Made by a program: the position numbers and the translations under genes. A stretch of DNA of 64,000 bases from Candidatus Saccharimonadota bacterium (GTDB taxonomy: Bacteria > Patescibacteriota > Saccharimonadia > Saccharimonadales > Saccharimonadaceae), in NCBI GenBank assembly GCA_017512045.1, contig JAFWHE010000012.1, positions 24,935 to 88,934 of the forward strand, written 5' to 3'. Positions 19,460 through 29,637 of this stretch are shown piece by piece. Numbering within the stretch: the first letter of the stretch is position 1; each line of letters begins with the position of its first letter. Below the pieces are notes generated by a model, which did not search any database, was not told the origin of the DNA, and saw only the letters and a program-made list of their open reading frames with translations.

Positions 19460-20628
19460 TAGACTTTGAATATTTATCAAAAGATGCAGTATATCTAGAT
19501 TCTGCCTGCCAGACACTTCGCCCTCAGCCAGTGATAGATGCACTGAATCAGTATTATACAGAGCATAATTCCTGTGGGGAAAGAGTAAAATATGAGTGGG
19601 GAAGGATTACCGACGAAAAGGTAGAAAAGACTAGGGAAAAATTGCTAAAATATGTGAAAAAATCTCCTAGGCACTACTTCGTATCATTTACGCTAAACAC
19701 TACTTATGGACTCAATCTTTTGCTTTCCCAGATTAATACAAAAAAGGCAGGCATTAAACACATAGCTACATCTGACATAGAACATAATTCTCCGTTTTTG
19801 TCAAGTATATCATGTGCTAAGAAAAATAATCTGCCGCGCAAGGTTATCACTCGTAATCCAGATGGTTCGTTGCCGATAGACGACATTCCGGAGAAAACCC
19901 TGGTAGTAGTAAATTGTGCCTCTAATATAGATGGGAGATTATTGCTGAATATTAAAGATGTTGTGAAACACGTTCATAAAACTGGTGGGTATATTATTAT
20001 AGACGCGGCACAGGCGATGGCGCATTCATCAGAGATATTATATGGTGTAGAGCCGGATGCGATTTGTTTTTCCGCGCACAAGATGTATGCGCCATCACTA
20101 GGTGGGATGATTATTAGGAAAGATTTCGCCAAGTTGATAGATACGACGTTTATTGGTGGTGGTATGGTGGACGATGTAAACAAGGAAACTTATCTACTAT
20201 CAAAAGATAACCCAGAACATCTATATACGCAGTTTGAGGCTGGCTTGCAAGCCTGGGGAGAAATTGTGGCTCTCGGAGCGGCACTTGATTGGCTAAATGA
20301 TTTAACGAAAAAAGACCATGAAAACCTAGAAGAATTGTCGGCAGAGTTATTTGAGTTCCTGGCGAGTAAAGAGAAATTACATCTCGTCAATGAGAAGCCA
20401 GCTACCACAATGTCTCTCTATGTTGATAAAAAAGAGATTGGTTATGATAGCCATGTGCTAGGTGCGGCATTGGCCGATGAAGGGATTATGGTACGCACTG
20501 GATATTTTTGTGTGCATTATTACTTGGATCATGTAAAGAATTTTCCACCACTGTTGCGGTTTTCTCTGGGATATCATACGCGCCCGGAGGATGTAGAAAA
20601 GGTGAAAGAAGCACTGGCTAATTTCTAG
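19456..20628 (+). CDS. Class V PLP aminotransferase / SufS-like cysteine desulfurase
   Basis: YLDSA, IIDAAQ, FSAHKM (PLP lysine), VRTGYFCVH (catalytic Cys position). Confidence 0.85.
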   Translation: MIDFEYLSKDAVYLDSACQTLRPQPVIDALNQYYTEHNSCGERVKYEWGRITDEKVEKTREKLLKYVKKSPRHYFVSFTLNTTYGLNLLLSQINTKKAGIKHIATSDIEHNSPFLSSISCAKKNNLPRKVITRNPDGSLPIDDIPEKTLVVVNCASNIDGRLLLNIKDVVKHVHKTGGYIIIDAAQAMAHSSEILYGVEPDAICFSAHKMYAPSLGGMIIRKDFAKLIDTTFIGGGMVDDVNKETYLLSKDNPEHLYTQFEAGLQAWGEIVALGAALDWLNDLTKKDHENLEELSAELFEFLASKEKLHLVNEKPATTMSLYVDKKEIGYDSHVLGAALADEGIMVRTGYFCVHYYLDHVKNFPPLLRFSLGYHTRPEDVEKVKEALANF

Positions 20629-20643
20629 TGGTATAATATCACT

Positions 20644-21678
20644 ATGGTTTGTATTGCAGCGTTTATTGTACTCCTCTTAGTTGGGATTTTTGTGGCGATT
20701 ATTTCTATATTTAAGAGAGATTTTGGTAAGAAATATCTGAAAGTCCTAAAGAAATCCTTCCATTGTTTTGGCAAGAGGATTCGTCTGCAAAAATGTGATA
20801 CTAATTTCTCTGATGATGTAAAAACTACATTACTTAAAAAGGTAATTCTAAAAAAGCCAAAGATGGTTAAACCGCTCAGTATCACGATAGAGATTGCTAG
20901 TGTTTTGCTGATTATAATTACGGCTTGGTCTATCATAGAGGCAGCAAAGGCGGGCTTGTCACTTTGGGTGTTTGGTACTTGTAATGTTTCCCAGCCGAGT
21001 AATTGTGCCCTGGGTGCGGATTCTTGCGGGCTAGACGAGGATAATTTGAACTGGTTTTCTGAGTGGGGAGAGATATTTGCTAATATTCCGGATAGACTGA
21101 AGAATTGGGAGGTGAGTCATTATGACTTATCCTATGCTTTTGTAGTAGATGAGAATCCCAATGATAAAAAATCTGTCGCACTTTCTATTATGGATCCAGG
21201 CTGCTCCGTCTGTTTGCAATCGTATAAAAATCTAAAAAAGAATGAAAAGTTTTTGTCTAATCATCAAATCAGGGTGGTTGCTTATCCGATTAAAAATACT
21301 AATGGAGAATTGAGGTTCAAGAATTCAGAAATTATCACGCGATATATGCTGGCAGCTAATGAATATACTGGTACGGATGATTATTCTGCAAGGATAATAA
21401 ATAGGATTTTTACAGAGTATGATGCGGATGGGATCATTTATCAAGAAGTGTTTAATAATAGAATAAGCAATGATGAAGCAAAGGAATTGCTAGGTTTGTG
21501 GCTTCTAGAATGGGGATTAAATGATGATGACGTGGTGTCAATCAGAGAACTGCTAGATAGTGAGAATATTACAGAGAAAATGAAGAAAAATCAGTCTATC
21601 ATAGAGAATGAAATCAAGCCAAAGGGTATCCCAACGTTCATTTATGATGGTGGAAAGCATTTGGGGTTGTTTAAGTAA
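20644..21678 (+). CDS. Membrane-anchored DsbA/thioredoxin-fold protein
   Basis: Two N-terminal TM helices, a Cys-rich linker, DPGCSVC (CxxC) and the GIPTF cis-Pro loop. Confidence 0.75.
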   Translation: MVCIAAFIVLLLVGIFVAIISIFKRDFGKKYLKVLKKSFHCFGKRIRLQKCDTNFSDDVKTTLLKKVILKKPKMVKPLSITIEIASVLLIIITAWSIIEAAKAGLSLWVFGTCNVSQPSNCALGADSCGLDEDNLNWFSEWGEIFANIPDRLKNWEVSHYDLSYAFVVDENPNDKKSVALSIMDPGCSVCLQSYKNLKKNEKFLSNHQIRVVAYPIKNTNGELRFKNSEIITRYMLAANEYTGTDDYSARIINRIFTEYDADGIIYQEVFNNRISNDEAKELLGLWLLEWGLNDDDVVSIRELLDSENITEKMKKNQSIIENEIKPKGIPTFIYDGGKHLGLFK

Positions 21679-21680
21679 GA

Positions 21681-22646
21681 TTATTTATGGAATTTAGCAT
21701 TGATTTTACGTAGTGGGGCAGTGATTTTCCAGCTGGCACTAGTTTCCATATCATGAACATTGCTTCTGAGATCCGTAATGATTTTATCGCGGTTAGCTAT
21801 TTCTTGGTGCAATCTCTCTACTTCTGACTCTAATTCCTTCAGGTGAATGTTGGCCTGGACAAGCTTTTGATAATTTTTGCGAGAAACAGTCTTTGGGACA
21901 TAGTTTTTAGATTTTACTTCCAGCTGGAAGATATTCTGGAATGTATGAATGTCTTTTCCGTAAAGCGATTGGAAAAATTCATCATCAATTTCGGCATTCT
22001 GAACATAGGTTTTTGCGATGAGTTTTGGATGGAGATTTAAGCCATAACGCCCATTAATATTTGAGACAAAATCATAAAAGGAATTTTCTGTCCAGAACCG
22101 CAAATGTGTATTGTCTAAAATGCCAGTCTCTCCATAATTAAATTTACCATCAATCAAGCCGGCAATCACATCTATATGAGAAATATTTGGAATACTTATT
22201 AATAGTTTACCCGTCTTAGATAGTTTTTTTGCCAGAATAGATATAATGTAGCCAGGATCTGGTAGATGTTCTATAATATCGCCACAGATAATTACGTCGT
22301 ATTTCTTTTTGCTATTTAAGAAACTACAGAAATTTTTGTCTGTCTTATCACCTAGTAACATCATAGTGGTATGGTCATAGATTTTGCCAGCTATTGCCAA
22401 GGCTTCTTTATCTGCATCAATGCCGTCTACCGTGCACTTTTGTAGTTCTTTTAACTTGCTACCGATATAGCCAACGCCACAACCGACATCAAGGATAGTT
22501 TTAGCGCCAAGTGCGCCACGCGCTAAGATTGCATGAGAATCATTAGTTGCGGTGATATCCAAATGGTAATCATCCCCAGTATAATTATTGGTTTTTACTA
22601 CTTGCGATAAGGTATTTTTCTTGGCGTTGGCAATTGTGAAGCTCAT
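21681..22646 (-). CDS. Class I SAM-dependent methyltransferase with C-terminal coiled coil
   Basis: ILDVGCGVG, DIIEHL, GILDNTHLRFWT; heptad tail ending SASWKITAPLR. Confidence 0.85.
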   Translation of the reverse strand: MSFTIANAKKNTLSQVVKTNNYTGDDYHLDITATNDSHAILARGALGAKTILDVGCGVGYIGSKLKELQKCTVDGIDADKEALAIAGKIYDHTTMMLLGDKTDKNFCSFLNSKKKYDVIICGDIIEHLPDPGYIISILAKKLSKTGKLLISIPNISHIDVIAGLIDGKFNYGETGILDNTHLRFWTENSFYDFVSNINGRYGLNLHPKLIAKTYVQNAEIDDEFFQSLYGKDIHTFQNIFQLEVKSKNYVPKTVSRKNYQKLVQANIHLKELESEVERLHQEIANRDKIITDLRSNVHDMETSASWKITAPLRKINAKFHK

Positions 22647-22740
22647 AGGATATCCTTAGATTACTGATTTGATTATATCACAAATTTCTCTCTGAAAAAC
22701 ACTTGTAATTTTATCATATTCATGCTAACATGAAAGTATC

Positions 22741-23310
22741 ATGGCACATAATACAAAAATTAAAAATAGAAGAGTGCGAAAGCACCATAATTGCATCGCC
22801 ATATTCATTATCTGTGTTTTAGTGATTACCGTCGGGTTTTGTGTTTTTTTGCTTATTCAAAGTCATAATAATGAGAGTAAACCAATTGAATCGTCTGGCG
22901 ACAATCAGGCTATTACCACTTCTGAGCCGGTTGCTACCCAAGAAAAGCCAGCTAGTGCTACCACCTCCAGGGAGACTGAGAAGCCTTCTGTGAGCCAATA
23001 CGAGGGGCAAGACGCAAACACCTATGATGAACTAAGTGGATTTATTAATTATGCTGGTGTCATAGGTGGCAATCTATCTATTCGTGCAACTATTTCTCAG
23101 GCGGTTTCTGGTTCTTGCGAAATGACTCTGACGGATGGTGCTGGAGATAAACTCAACTTTGTCTCAGAAATTGATAATGGCCCATCGGCTAGCTTCTGTA
23201 TGCAAGATGTCCCAGTAGCACAACTGAACGGTGAACGTAATTGGAGAATCTCCATAGTCGTAAAGGGGAATGATAAAACCGGCACTATTACTGGGGAGGT
23301 ATCTATCTAA
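22741..23310 (+). CDS. Membrane-anchored hypothetical protein (Ser/Thr linker + small beta domain)
   Basis: N-terminal TM helix; promoter TTGTAA(22703)-17 bp-TAACAT(22726). Confidence 0.7.
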   Translation: MAHNTKIKNRRVRKHHNCIAIFIICVLVITVGFCVFLLIQSHNNESKPIESSGDNQAITTSEPVATQEKPASATTSRETEKPSVSQYEGQDANTYDELSGFINYAGVIGGNLSIRATISQAVSGSCEMTLTDGAGDKLNFVSEIDNGPSASFCMQDVPVAQLNGERNWRISIVVKGNDKTGTITGEVSI

Positions 23311-24950
23311 TGACAAGGAAACATCGTATTGATTATCGTCGCATATATATGTTGACGTTTATATTCTCTATGGCGGCAACGATGAGTGCTTTACTGTATG
23401 CTAGCCTTCCCGCCGTAAATGCTATACATTCTGCATATAGTGGGTTTAATGCGGGTGATATCATTTCTGATGAAGTTATGTCGGATTATGGATCTATGTC
23501 GGAAGCAGAGATTCAGAACTTCTTGAAGTCTAAGAATCCTTGTAATGATACTAACATCGTTAAAGCTAGTTGGTATCCAAGAATGTCATACCATATAGAA
23601 AATGGTCATTTTGTTTGTATGGCAGATGAGAATTTTGATGGTCAGTCAGCAGCACATATTATCTGGCAAGCAGCGCAAGATTACCGAATTAATCCACGTG
23701 TGTTGATTGTGTTGCTGGAAAAGGAACAGGGGCTCGTGACAGATACATGGCCAAATTCTACCCTGCAATATCGTTCTGCTACTGGATATGGTTGTCCTGA
23801 CACGGCGGCCTGTGATTCTCAGTATTATGGATTTAGGAATCAGGTGAGAAATGCAGCAGAACTATATCGCTATATTTTAGATAATGGTTCCAAATACTAT
23901 CCAACCGGACAGAACTATATTCAGTACAATCCGAATTCTGGCTGTGGCGGTTCAGTAGTAAATATTGTAAATCGTGCTACTTCTGCCCTGTATCAATATA
24001 CACCGTATCAGCCTAACGATGGCGTCCTTAACACTGCGCCTGGTGTGACGGCGACTTGTGGGGCTTATGGTAATGCTAATTTCTATTATTACTATACGTC
24101 GTGGTTTGGGAGTACGCATACAGTATCTTCTTCTCAGATGATTGTGAATCGTATGACGGAGGTTTATGATAATGTGGGTGGAGCTGATGTATTCGGGCTT
24201 GCTACTAGCGGGGTAGAGCACAACGATACTACAGGTATTTACTGGAAAAATTATCAAAATGGTGTCATTGTCGGTAACGATCAATATGGCTATTATGAAT
24301 CACGTGGTGGTATTCGTAATACTTGGGCTGAGCAAGGCTTTGAAAGTGGAGTCTTAAGCTTTCCACTAAGTAATATTATGCATAACGATACGACTGACAT
24401 CTATTGGCAGAATTATCTGACGGGTGTAATTGTCGGTAATGATAAATATGGATATTATGAATCGCGTGGGCAGATTCGTAATGTTTGGCATGACCAAGGT
24501 TTTGAAAGCGGTGAGCTAGGTTTTCCAATTAGCAACATAGCGAGTAACTATATCACAGGTATCTATTGGCAGAACTATACCGGTGGTGTCATTGTTGGTA
24601 ACGATCAATATGGATATTATGAATCACGTGGTGGTATTCGCAATGCTTGGGCTGAACAAGGTTTTGAAGGTGGGAAATTAGGTTTTCCAACCAGTAATAT
24701 TCAGCATAACTATTCTACCAATATTGCATGGCAGATTTATCAGAATGGCTTGATTGTTGGTAACGACCAATATGGCTATTATGAATCACGTGGTAAGATT
24801 CGCGACGTCTGGGCTGACAGTGGGTTTGAGAATGGTCGCTTTGGTTTCCCAACCAGTAACATATATACAAATGGTAATATTCAATATCAGGTATATCAGA
24901 ATGGTGTAATCTATTATAATACTGCTACGGGTGAAGTTTCTACCCACTAG
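23310..24950 (+). CDS. Secreted lysozyme-like domain protein with LGFP repeats
   Basis: INPRVLIVLLEKEQG, GYGCPD, ATSALYQYTPY; then 54-aa repeats containing LGFPxSN. Confidence 0.8.
   Translation: MTRKHRIDYRRIYMLTFIFSMAATMSALLYASLPAVNAIHSAYSGFNAGDIISDEVMSDYGSMSEAEIQNFLKSKNPCNDTNIVKASWYPRMSYHIENGHFVCMADENFDGQSAAHIIWQAAQDYRINPRVLIVLLEKEQGLVTDTWPNSTLQYRSATGYGCPDTAACDSQYYGFRNQVRNAAELYRYILDNGSKYYPTGQNYIQYNPNSGCGGSVVNIVNRATSALYQYTPYQPNDGVLNTAPGVTATCGAYGNANFYYYYTSWFGSTHTVSSSQMIVNRMTEVYDNVGGADVFGLATSGVEHNDTTGIYWKNYQNGVIVGNDQYGYYESRGGIRNTWAEQGFESGVLSFPLSNIMHNDTTDIYWQNYLTGVIVGNDKYGYYESRGQIRNVWHDQGFESGELGFPISNIASNYITGIYWQNYTGGVIVGNDQYGYYESRGGIRNAWAEQGFEGGKLGFPTSNIQHNYSTNIAWQIYQNGLIVGNDQYGYYESRGKIRDVWADSGFENGRFGFPTSNIYTNGNIQYQVYQNGVIYYNTATGEVSTH
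24157..24947 (+). repeat. Intragenic 162-bp tandem repeats (about five LGFP units)
   Basis: The GGTAA(C/T)GA..TATGG.TATTATGAATC.CGTGG core recurs at 24273, 24435, 24597 and 24759 (exact 162-bp period). Confidence 0.9.
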
Positions 24951-24967
24951 TATGATATAATAGACGT

Positions 24968-25816
24968 ATGGTAAAATTGGCTGGATTAGTAACACTTTAT
25001 CACCCAACAGATAAAGACATACAGAATATTAGTAGTTATCTGGATGATGTCGATAGGCTGTACGTTGTTGATAATACAGAAAATAAAAAAACGGAGCCCA
25101 GACTCCCAGATAGTGATAAGATTGTATATCTGTCTAGGCCGAGTAATATTGGCGTTGCTAAGGCTCTAAACTTGGGCGCAGAAAAGGCTTTAAAGGATGG
25201 TTTTAGTTGGCTTTTGACCAATGACCAAGATACTACATTTCCAAAAGGCGTGCTAAACAAGTTAAAAAAGCGTATAGACAAAGAAGATACAAAGAAAATT
25301 GCAATTGTCACTCCATGGCATAAAACAAAATTGCGTGACCCACGTCCAGAAAAAGATGATGACCCGCATGATGTAATGACGTCTGGCAACTTAGTTAATT
25401 TAAAAATCTGGAAAAAAGTTGGTGGGTTTAAAGAGTGGTTTTTTATTGATGGGATAGATATAGAATATTGTATGAATATTCATAAGAATGGATATAGAAT
25501 CTTACGGGTGAACTCACTCGCAATAGACCATAATCTAGGAGATTTATTCTACAAAACATTTAGACATAAGCTATATCTCTGTACTAATCATCCTCCAATT
25601 CGTAGATATTATATTATGAGGAACTATTATTATATATCTAAATTATATGGAGATTATGAGCCAGAAGCTGCTTATTGCATGAATTTGGTTGCCGCACAAA
25701 AGCACAATATGAAGGGTGTCTTGCTATTTGAAAACAAAAAAATAAGCAAGATTCTGATGTATCTAAGAGGACGTAGAGATTTCTATAAAGGTGTGAGAGG
25801 TAAATATCATGGGTAA
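24968..25816 (+). CDS. GT2 rhamnosyltransferase-like
   Basis: VVDN, NIGVAKALN, LTNDQD, MTSGNL, FFIDGIDIEY, RRYYIMRN. Confidence 0.85.
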   Translation: MVKLAGLVTLYHPTDKDIQNISSYLDDVDRLYVVDNTENKKTEPRLPDSDKIVYLSRPSNIGVAKALNLGAEKALKDGFSWLLTNDQDTTFPKGVLNKLKKRIDKEDTKKIAIVTPWHKTKLRDPRPEKDDDPHDVMTSGNLVNLKIWKKVGGFKEWFFIDGIDIEYCMNIHKNGYRILRVNSLAIDHNLGDLFYKTFRHKLYLCTNHPPIRRYYIMRNYYYISKLYGDYEPEAAYCMNLVAAQKHNMKGVLLFENKKISKILMYLRGRRDFYKGVRGKYHG

Positions 25817-27974
25817 AATAAAAGAATTGGCGAAGAAGACTAAGAAGACTTTTGCAGAAGAAGGTGCAAAGTCGCTTTTGATAAAAACTAAGGGGTACAT
25901 TACTTATCATCTACACGGAAAAGAAAAGAATCAGAAGCAATACAAGGATATAGTGTTTATTAACGGTTGCGAGTTGCCACATCCGCAAAGATATCGTGTG
26001 GATCATCAAATAGAGCAACTAGAATCTTATGGGATTACTTGCGATAAGGTTTTTTATGCTGATTTGACACTGGAGATGCTAAAATGCTATCGTGGTTTTG
26101 TATTTTATCGTTGCCCGGTGCTACCTGTCATAGAAGAGTTCACAAAAAAAGCGAAAGAGAATAATAAAGTCTGTTTCTATGACATTGACGATTTGGTATT
26201 TGATACAGAATACACTAATCAAATCAAATATCTAGACGAAATGACAAAGGCAGAGAGAGACCTATACGACGATGGCGTAAATCGTATGGGTAAAACGTTG
26301 AAACTTTGTGAATATGGTATTACTACCACGTCTAGATTACGAAAAGAAATGAAAAAACAGCTAAAAGATGTGTTTATTAATCGCAATGTAGCTTCTGAAA
26401 GTATGGTAAAATATTCAGACGATGCCCTAAAATTAAAACGTGATAGCAATAAAGTGGTGATAGGATACTTCAGTGGTTCTATTACACATAACGATGATTT
26501 CAAGTCAATCATGCCAGTTCTAGTGGATCTACTTAAAAAGTATGATAATTTATATTTGCAGATAGTAGGTTTATTGGACTTGCCGGAAGAGATGGAGTTA
26601 GTGAGAGAGAAAGTTCTCACGGCCAAGTTTACCAATTGGACGGAGCTGCCAAAATTAATTCATTCAGTAGATATTAATATAGCGCCACTGGAAGACACAA
26701 TCTTTAACGAGGCAAAATCAGAGAATAAATGGATGGAGGCGGCATTGGTAAAAGTCCCGACTGTAGCTTCTGATGTGGGCGCATTCAAAGAAGTTATAGA
26801 AAATGGTAAAACTGGGTTCCTTTGCAAGAATGGAAAAGAGTGGAAAAAAACACTGACGGAATTAGTAGAAAACGAAGAACTGCGCAATCAAGTTGGGCAA
26901 AAAGCATACGACAAAGTAAGGAAAGATTATATCACGACCTATTCTGGAAAAGGCTTGGCAGATTTTATTAGTAGTAAGTTAAATAAAAACATATTCTTTG
27001 TTTTGCCATCAGTTAATATTAGTGGGGGCACAATGGTTGCCATGAAACACGCTGCCATACTAAAAAAGAACGGTTATGACGTGACATTGATTAACGCTGA
27101 GGAAGGAGAAAACAATATTGCTAGTGATGGCATGGAGGTAAATGTTGTCTCTGCGATGGGCAGAGAATTCAGGTGTCGTTCATATGCTATGGTAGCGACG
27201 ATGTGGAATACATTGGAATATATCAAGAGAAATGGTAACTGTGCTCATATTAAGTACCTAGTTCAAAATTATGAGACCAATTTCTATAAATACAATCGTA
27301 AAGAAAAAGAATTAGCTAATGCAACATATAATCAGGTAGTAAATGTAGAATATCTGACTATTTCTAGATGGTGCGAGCAGTGGCTAAAAGACGATTTTAA
27401 TGATAAAGTGAAGTTTGCTCCCAACGGCATAAACTTGGATAACTTCCCATACAAAGAACGTAAATTCAAGGGGAAAATAAAGATTTTAATAGAGGGAGAC
27501 AGTAAGAGTTTTTACAAGAATACAGATGAAAGTTTCAAGATTGTAGAATTGTTAGATAAAGATAAATATGAAATCCACTACCTTTCTTATGAGGGTGAAC
27601 CGAAAAAGTCTTATTATTTCGATGAATTCCATCACAGAGTTCCACATTCTGAGGTAGGGAAGATATATCAGGAATGTGATATTTTGCTGAAATCTAGCAT
27701 CTTGGAGAGTTTCTCTTATCCGCCGCTTGAAATGATGGCTACCGGTGGGCTCTGCGTGGTACGTCCAAATGATGGTAATGCTGAATACTTGGAAAATGAA
27801 AAAAATTGTCTACTATATAAGCCAGGGGATTATGAGGATGCAGCAAGACAGATTAATCGTTTGGCTGATGATGGTAGTTTGAGGAAAAAATTAGTACAGA
27901 ATGGCAGAAAGACCGCAGAAAGTAGAAGTTGGCAAAAGATAGAGAACGAAATCATTAAACTATATGAGGACTAG
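25809..27974 (+). CDS. Two-module GT-B (GT4-like) glycosyltransferase
   Basis: RYRV, YDIDD, FSGSITH, KSENKWMEAA; second module SGGTMV...ESFSYPPLEMMA. Confidence 0.85.
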   Translation: MGKIKELAKKTKKTFAEEGAKSLLIKTKGYITYHLHGKEKNQKQYKDIVFINGCELPHPQRYRVDHQIEQLESYGITCDKVFYADLTLEMLKCYRGFVFYRCPVLPVIEEFTKKAKENNKVCFYDIDDLVFDTEYTNQIKYLDEMTKAERDLYDDGVNRMGKTLKLCEYGITTTSRLRKEMKKQLKDVFINRNVASESMVKYSDDALKLKRDSNKVVIGYFSGSITHNDDFKSIMPVLVDLLKKYDNLYLQIVGLLDLPEEMELVREKVLTAKFTNWTELPKLIHSVDINIAPLEDTIFNEAKSENKWMEAALVKVPTVASDVGAFKEVIENGKTGFLCKNGKEWKKTLTELVENEELRNQVGQKAYDKVRKDYITTYSGKGLADFISSKLNKNIFFVLPSVNISGGTMVAMKHAAILKKNGYDVTLINAEEGENNIASDGMEVNVVSAMGREFRCRSYAMVATMWNTLEYIKRNGNCAHIKYLVQNYETNFYKYNRKEKELANATYNQVVNVEYLTISRWCEQWLKDDFNDKVKFAPNGINLDNFPYKERKFKGKIKILIEGDSKSFYKNTDESFKIVELLDKDKYEIHYLSYEGEPKKSYYFDEFHHRVPHSEVGKIYQECDILLKSSILESFSYPPLEMMATGGLCVVRPNDGNAEYLENEKNCLLYKPGDYEDAARQINRLADDGSLRKKLVQNGRKTAESRSWQKIENEIIKLYED

Positions 27975-28490
27975 ATGAAAGATAATACTAGAGACTACTT
28001 CAAAAAACATTTTGGCGGAGTGTATGGCACGATGCGTTCTGTAAGAAATAGTCTGAGGCTGGAAAAGAAAAAGAGGGAGGCAGAAAAACACGATGATATT
28101 ACACATGACGCGCCAATTACGATGTCTGCGCCGATTGCTAAGATTTATGTGAATGATGAAATCAATCGTTTAAACATTATCCTTGACAAGTTTTCTGTAG
28201 AGAGTATAGAAAATAAAGATGTTTCACAAATGTTAACTTTTGCAACAAAAATAGCCAGAGAAAAAAGTTATGCTCTACGTATTATAGTGAGAAATAATTT
28301 ACCTAATCCAAAGCTGTATACGGATTTTTTGAGTGAACATAAATTAAAAGCACCAGAAAACTACAGCTTTTATACTGACTACTCGGGGCGTTTGGCTAGT
28401 CCGGTGCACCGATTGGAGGTGACTCGAGGAGACGTATTCTTTGTCATGGATGAATATGAGAATCTAGAAAGGTGGGCTAATGGAAAATAA
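27975..28490 (+). CDS. Hypothetical protein, possibly an isolated GT-B N-terminal-like domain
   Basis: 171-aa ORF coupled to both neighbours; no catalytic motif recognised. Confidence 0.6.
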   Translation: MKDNTRDYFKKHFGGVYGTMRSVRNSLRLEKKKREAEKHDDITHDAPITMSAPIAKIYVNDEINRLNIILDKFSVESIENKDVSQMLTFATKIAREKSYALRIIVRNNLPNPKLYTDFLSEHKLKAPENYSFYTDYSGRLASPVHRLEVTRGDVFFVMDEYENLERWANGK

Positions 28491-29637
28491 TCAAATGCCA
28501 TGGGATATTTCTCTAGCGGAACGTAAAGAAGAAGTAGTTGCCGCGCTGAAGAGCGGCAAAAAAGTAGCCTTAATGTTATATCCAAAGATAGACCAGACAT
28601 CTTCTTTTCGCTATCGTAGCTATAATATCTATCGAGCTACAAAGTTTAGCAAAAAATGGCAGCTAGTATATTTTTACATGGAAGAAATACAGGCTGTTTT
28701 TGATTTACTTCCAAAGGTACAGTTATTGGTTTTTGGTAGGATAGAGAAGTGGTCTAATGAACTGGATGAACTGGCATTATTAGCACGACAGAATAATATT
28801 AAAATTGCTTATGATTTGGATGACTGTGTATGTGGGCTAAAACACATTAAAGAAATGTTTAATGTGGTTTCACCAGATTCTATTGACCAGGAATATTGGA
28901 TAAATGCTAGTGCGCAGTATGAGTTGATTTCCTATTTGGCAGATGGATTTATTGTGACCAATGATTACCTTGGAAAAATCTTATCAGAATCACATGATAA
29001 TAAACCGTATATGGTGATTCGTAATTCTCTGAATCAGGAACAGATTGATTTTTCTAAAGAATTATTAAAAGAAAAAAATGCCAATAATGGAAAAGATTTC
29101 ATAATAGGGTATTTTAGCGGATCACACACGCATGCCTGTGACTTTGAGGTGGTATATCCGGAGTTATTGCAATTATTGGATGGGTATTCTGACATGAAGT
29201 TAAGAATAGTTGGCATGCTGAAGCTACCAGCTTCTGCGGATAAATATATTAAGTCAAAACAGATAGAGTTTGTAAGTATGGTGGATTTCTTGACTTTGCA
29301 AAGGCTGATATCGGAAGTAAATGTAAATATTGCGCCACTGGCTAATAACGTATTTACGAACTGTAAGTCCGAGTTGAAGTTCTTTGAAGCTGCGCTTGTC
29401 AAAACTCCGACTATCGCTTCTCCAACTTTTTCCTTCAAAAATTCTATTAAGAATAATAAGACTGGGTTTCTTTGTCAGCCTGGCGAATGGTATGATAGGA
29501 TTGTAGATTTATACAAAAATAGGGAACTGGGCGAGAAAATAGCTAGCGAGGCGCATAATTATTGTCTAGAAAACTATGCACCAAGCAAATGCCTAGAAGA
29601 AATAGAAAAGGCCTATGACTTTTATGGAAAAAAGTAG
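28480..29637 (+). CDS. GT4-like glycosyltransferase
   Basis: SSFRYR, YDLDD, YFSGSHTH, KSELKFFEAALV; paralogous to the first module of 25809-27974. Confidence 0.85.
   Translation: MENNQMPWDISLAERKEEVVAALKSGKKVALMLYPKIDQTSSFRYRSYNIYRATKFSKKWQLVYFYMEEIQAVFDLLPKVQLLVFGRIEKWSNELDELALLARQNNIKIAYDLDDCVCGLKHIKEMFNVVSPDSIDQEYWINASAQYELISYLADGFIVTNDYLGKILSESHDNKPYMVIRNSLNQEQIDFSKELLKEKNANNGKDFIIGYFSGSHTHACDFEVVYPELLQLLDGYSDMKLRIVGMLKLPASADKYIKSKQIEFVSMVDFLTLQRLISEVNVNIAPLANNVFTNCKSELKFFEAALVKTPTIASPTFSFKNSIKNNKTGFLCQPGEWYDRIVDLYKNRELGEKIASEAHNYCLENYAPSKCLEEIEKAYDFYGKK

Noticed and set aside
24157-24947. Regularly spaced direct repeats resembling a CRISPR array
   Set aside because: The 162-bp period is in frame within an ORF, the inter-core sequences are homologous rather than unique spacers, and no cas genes are present.
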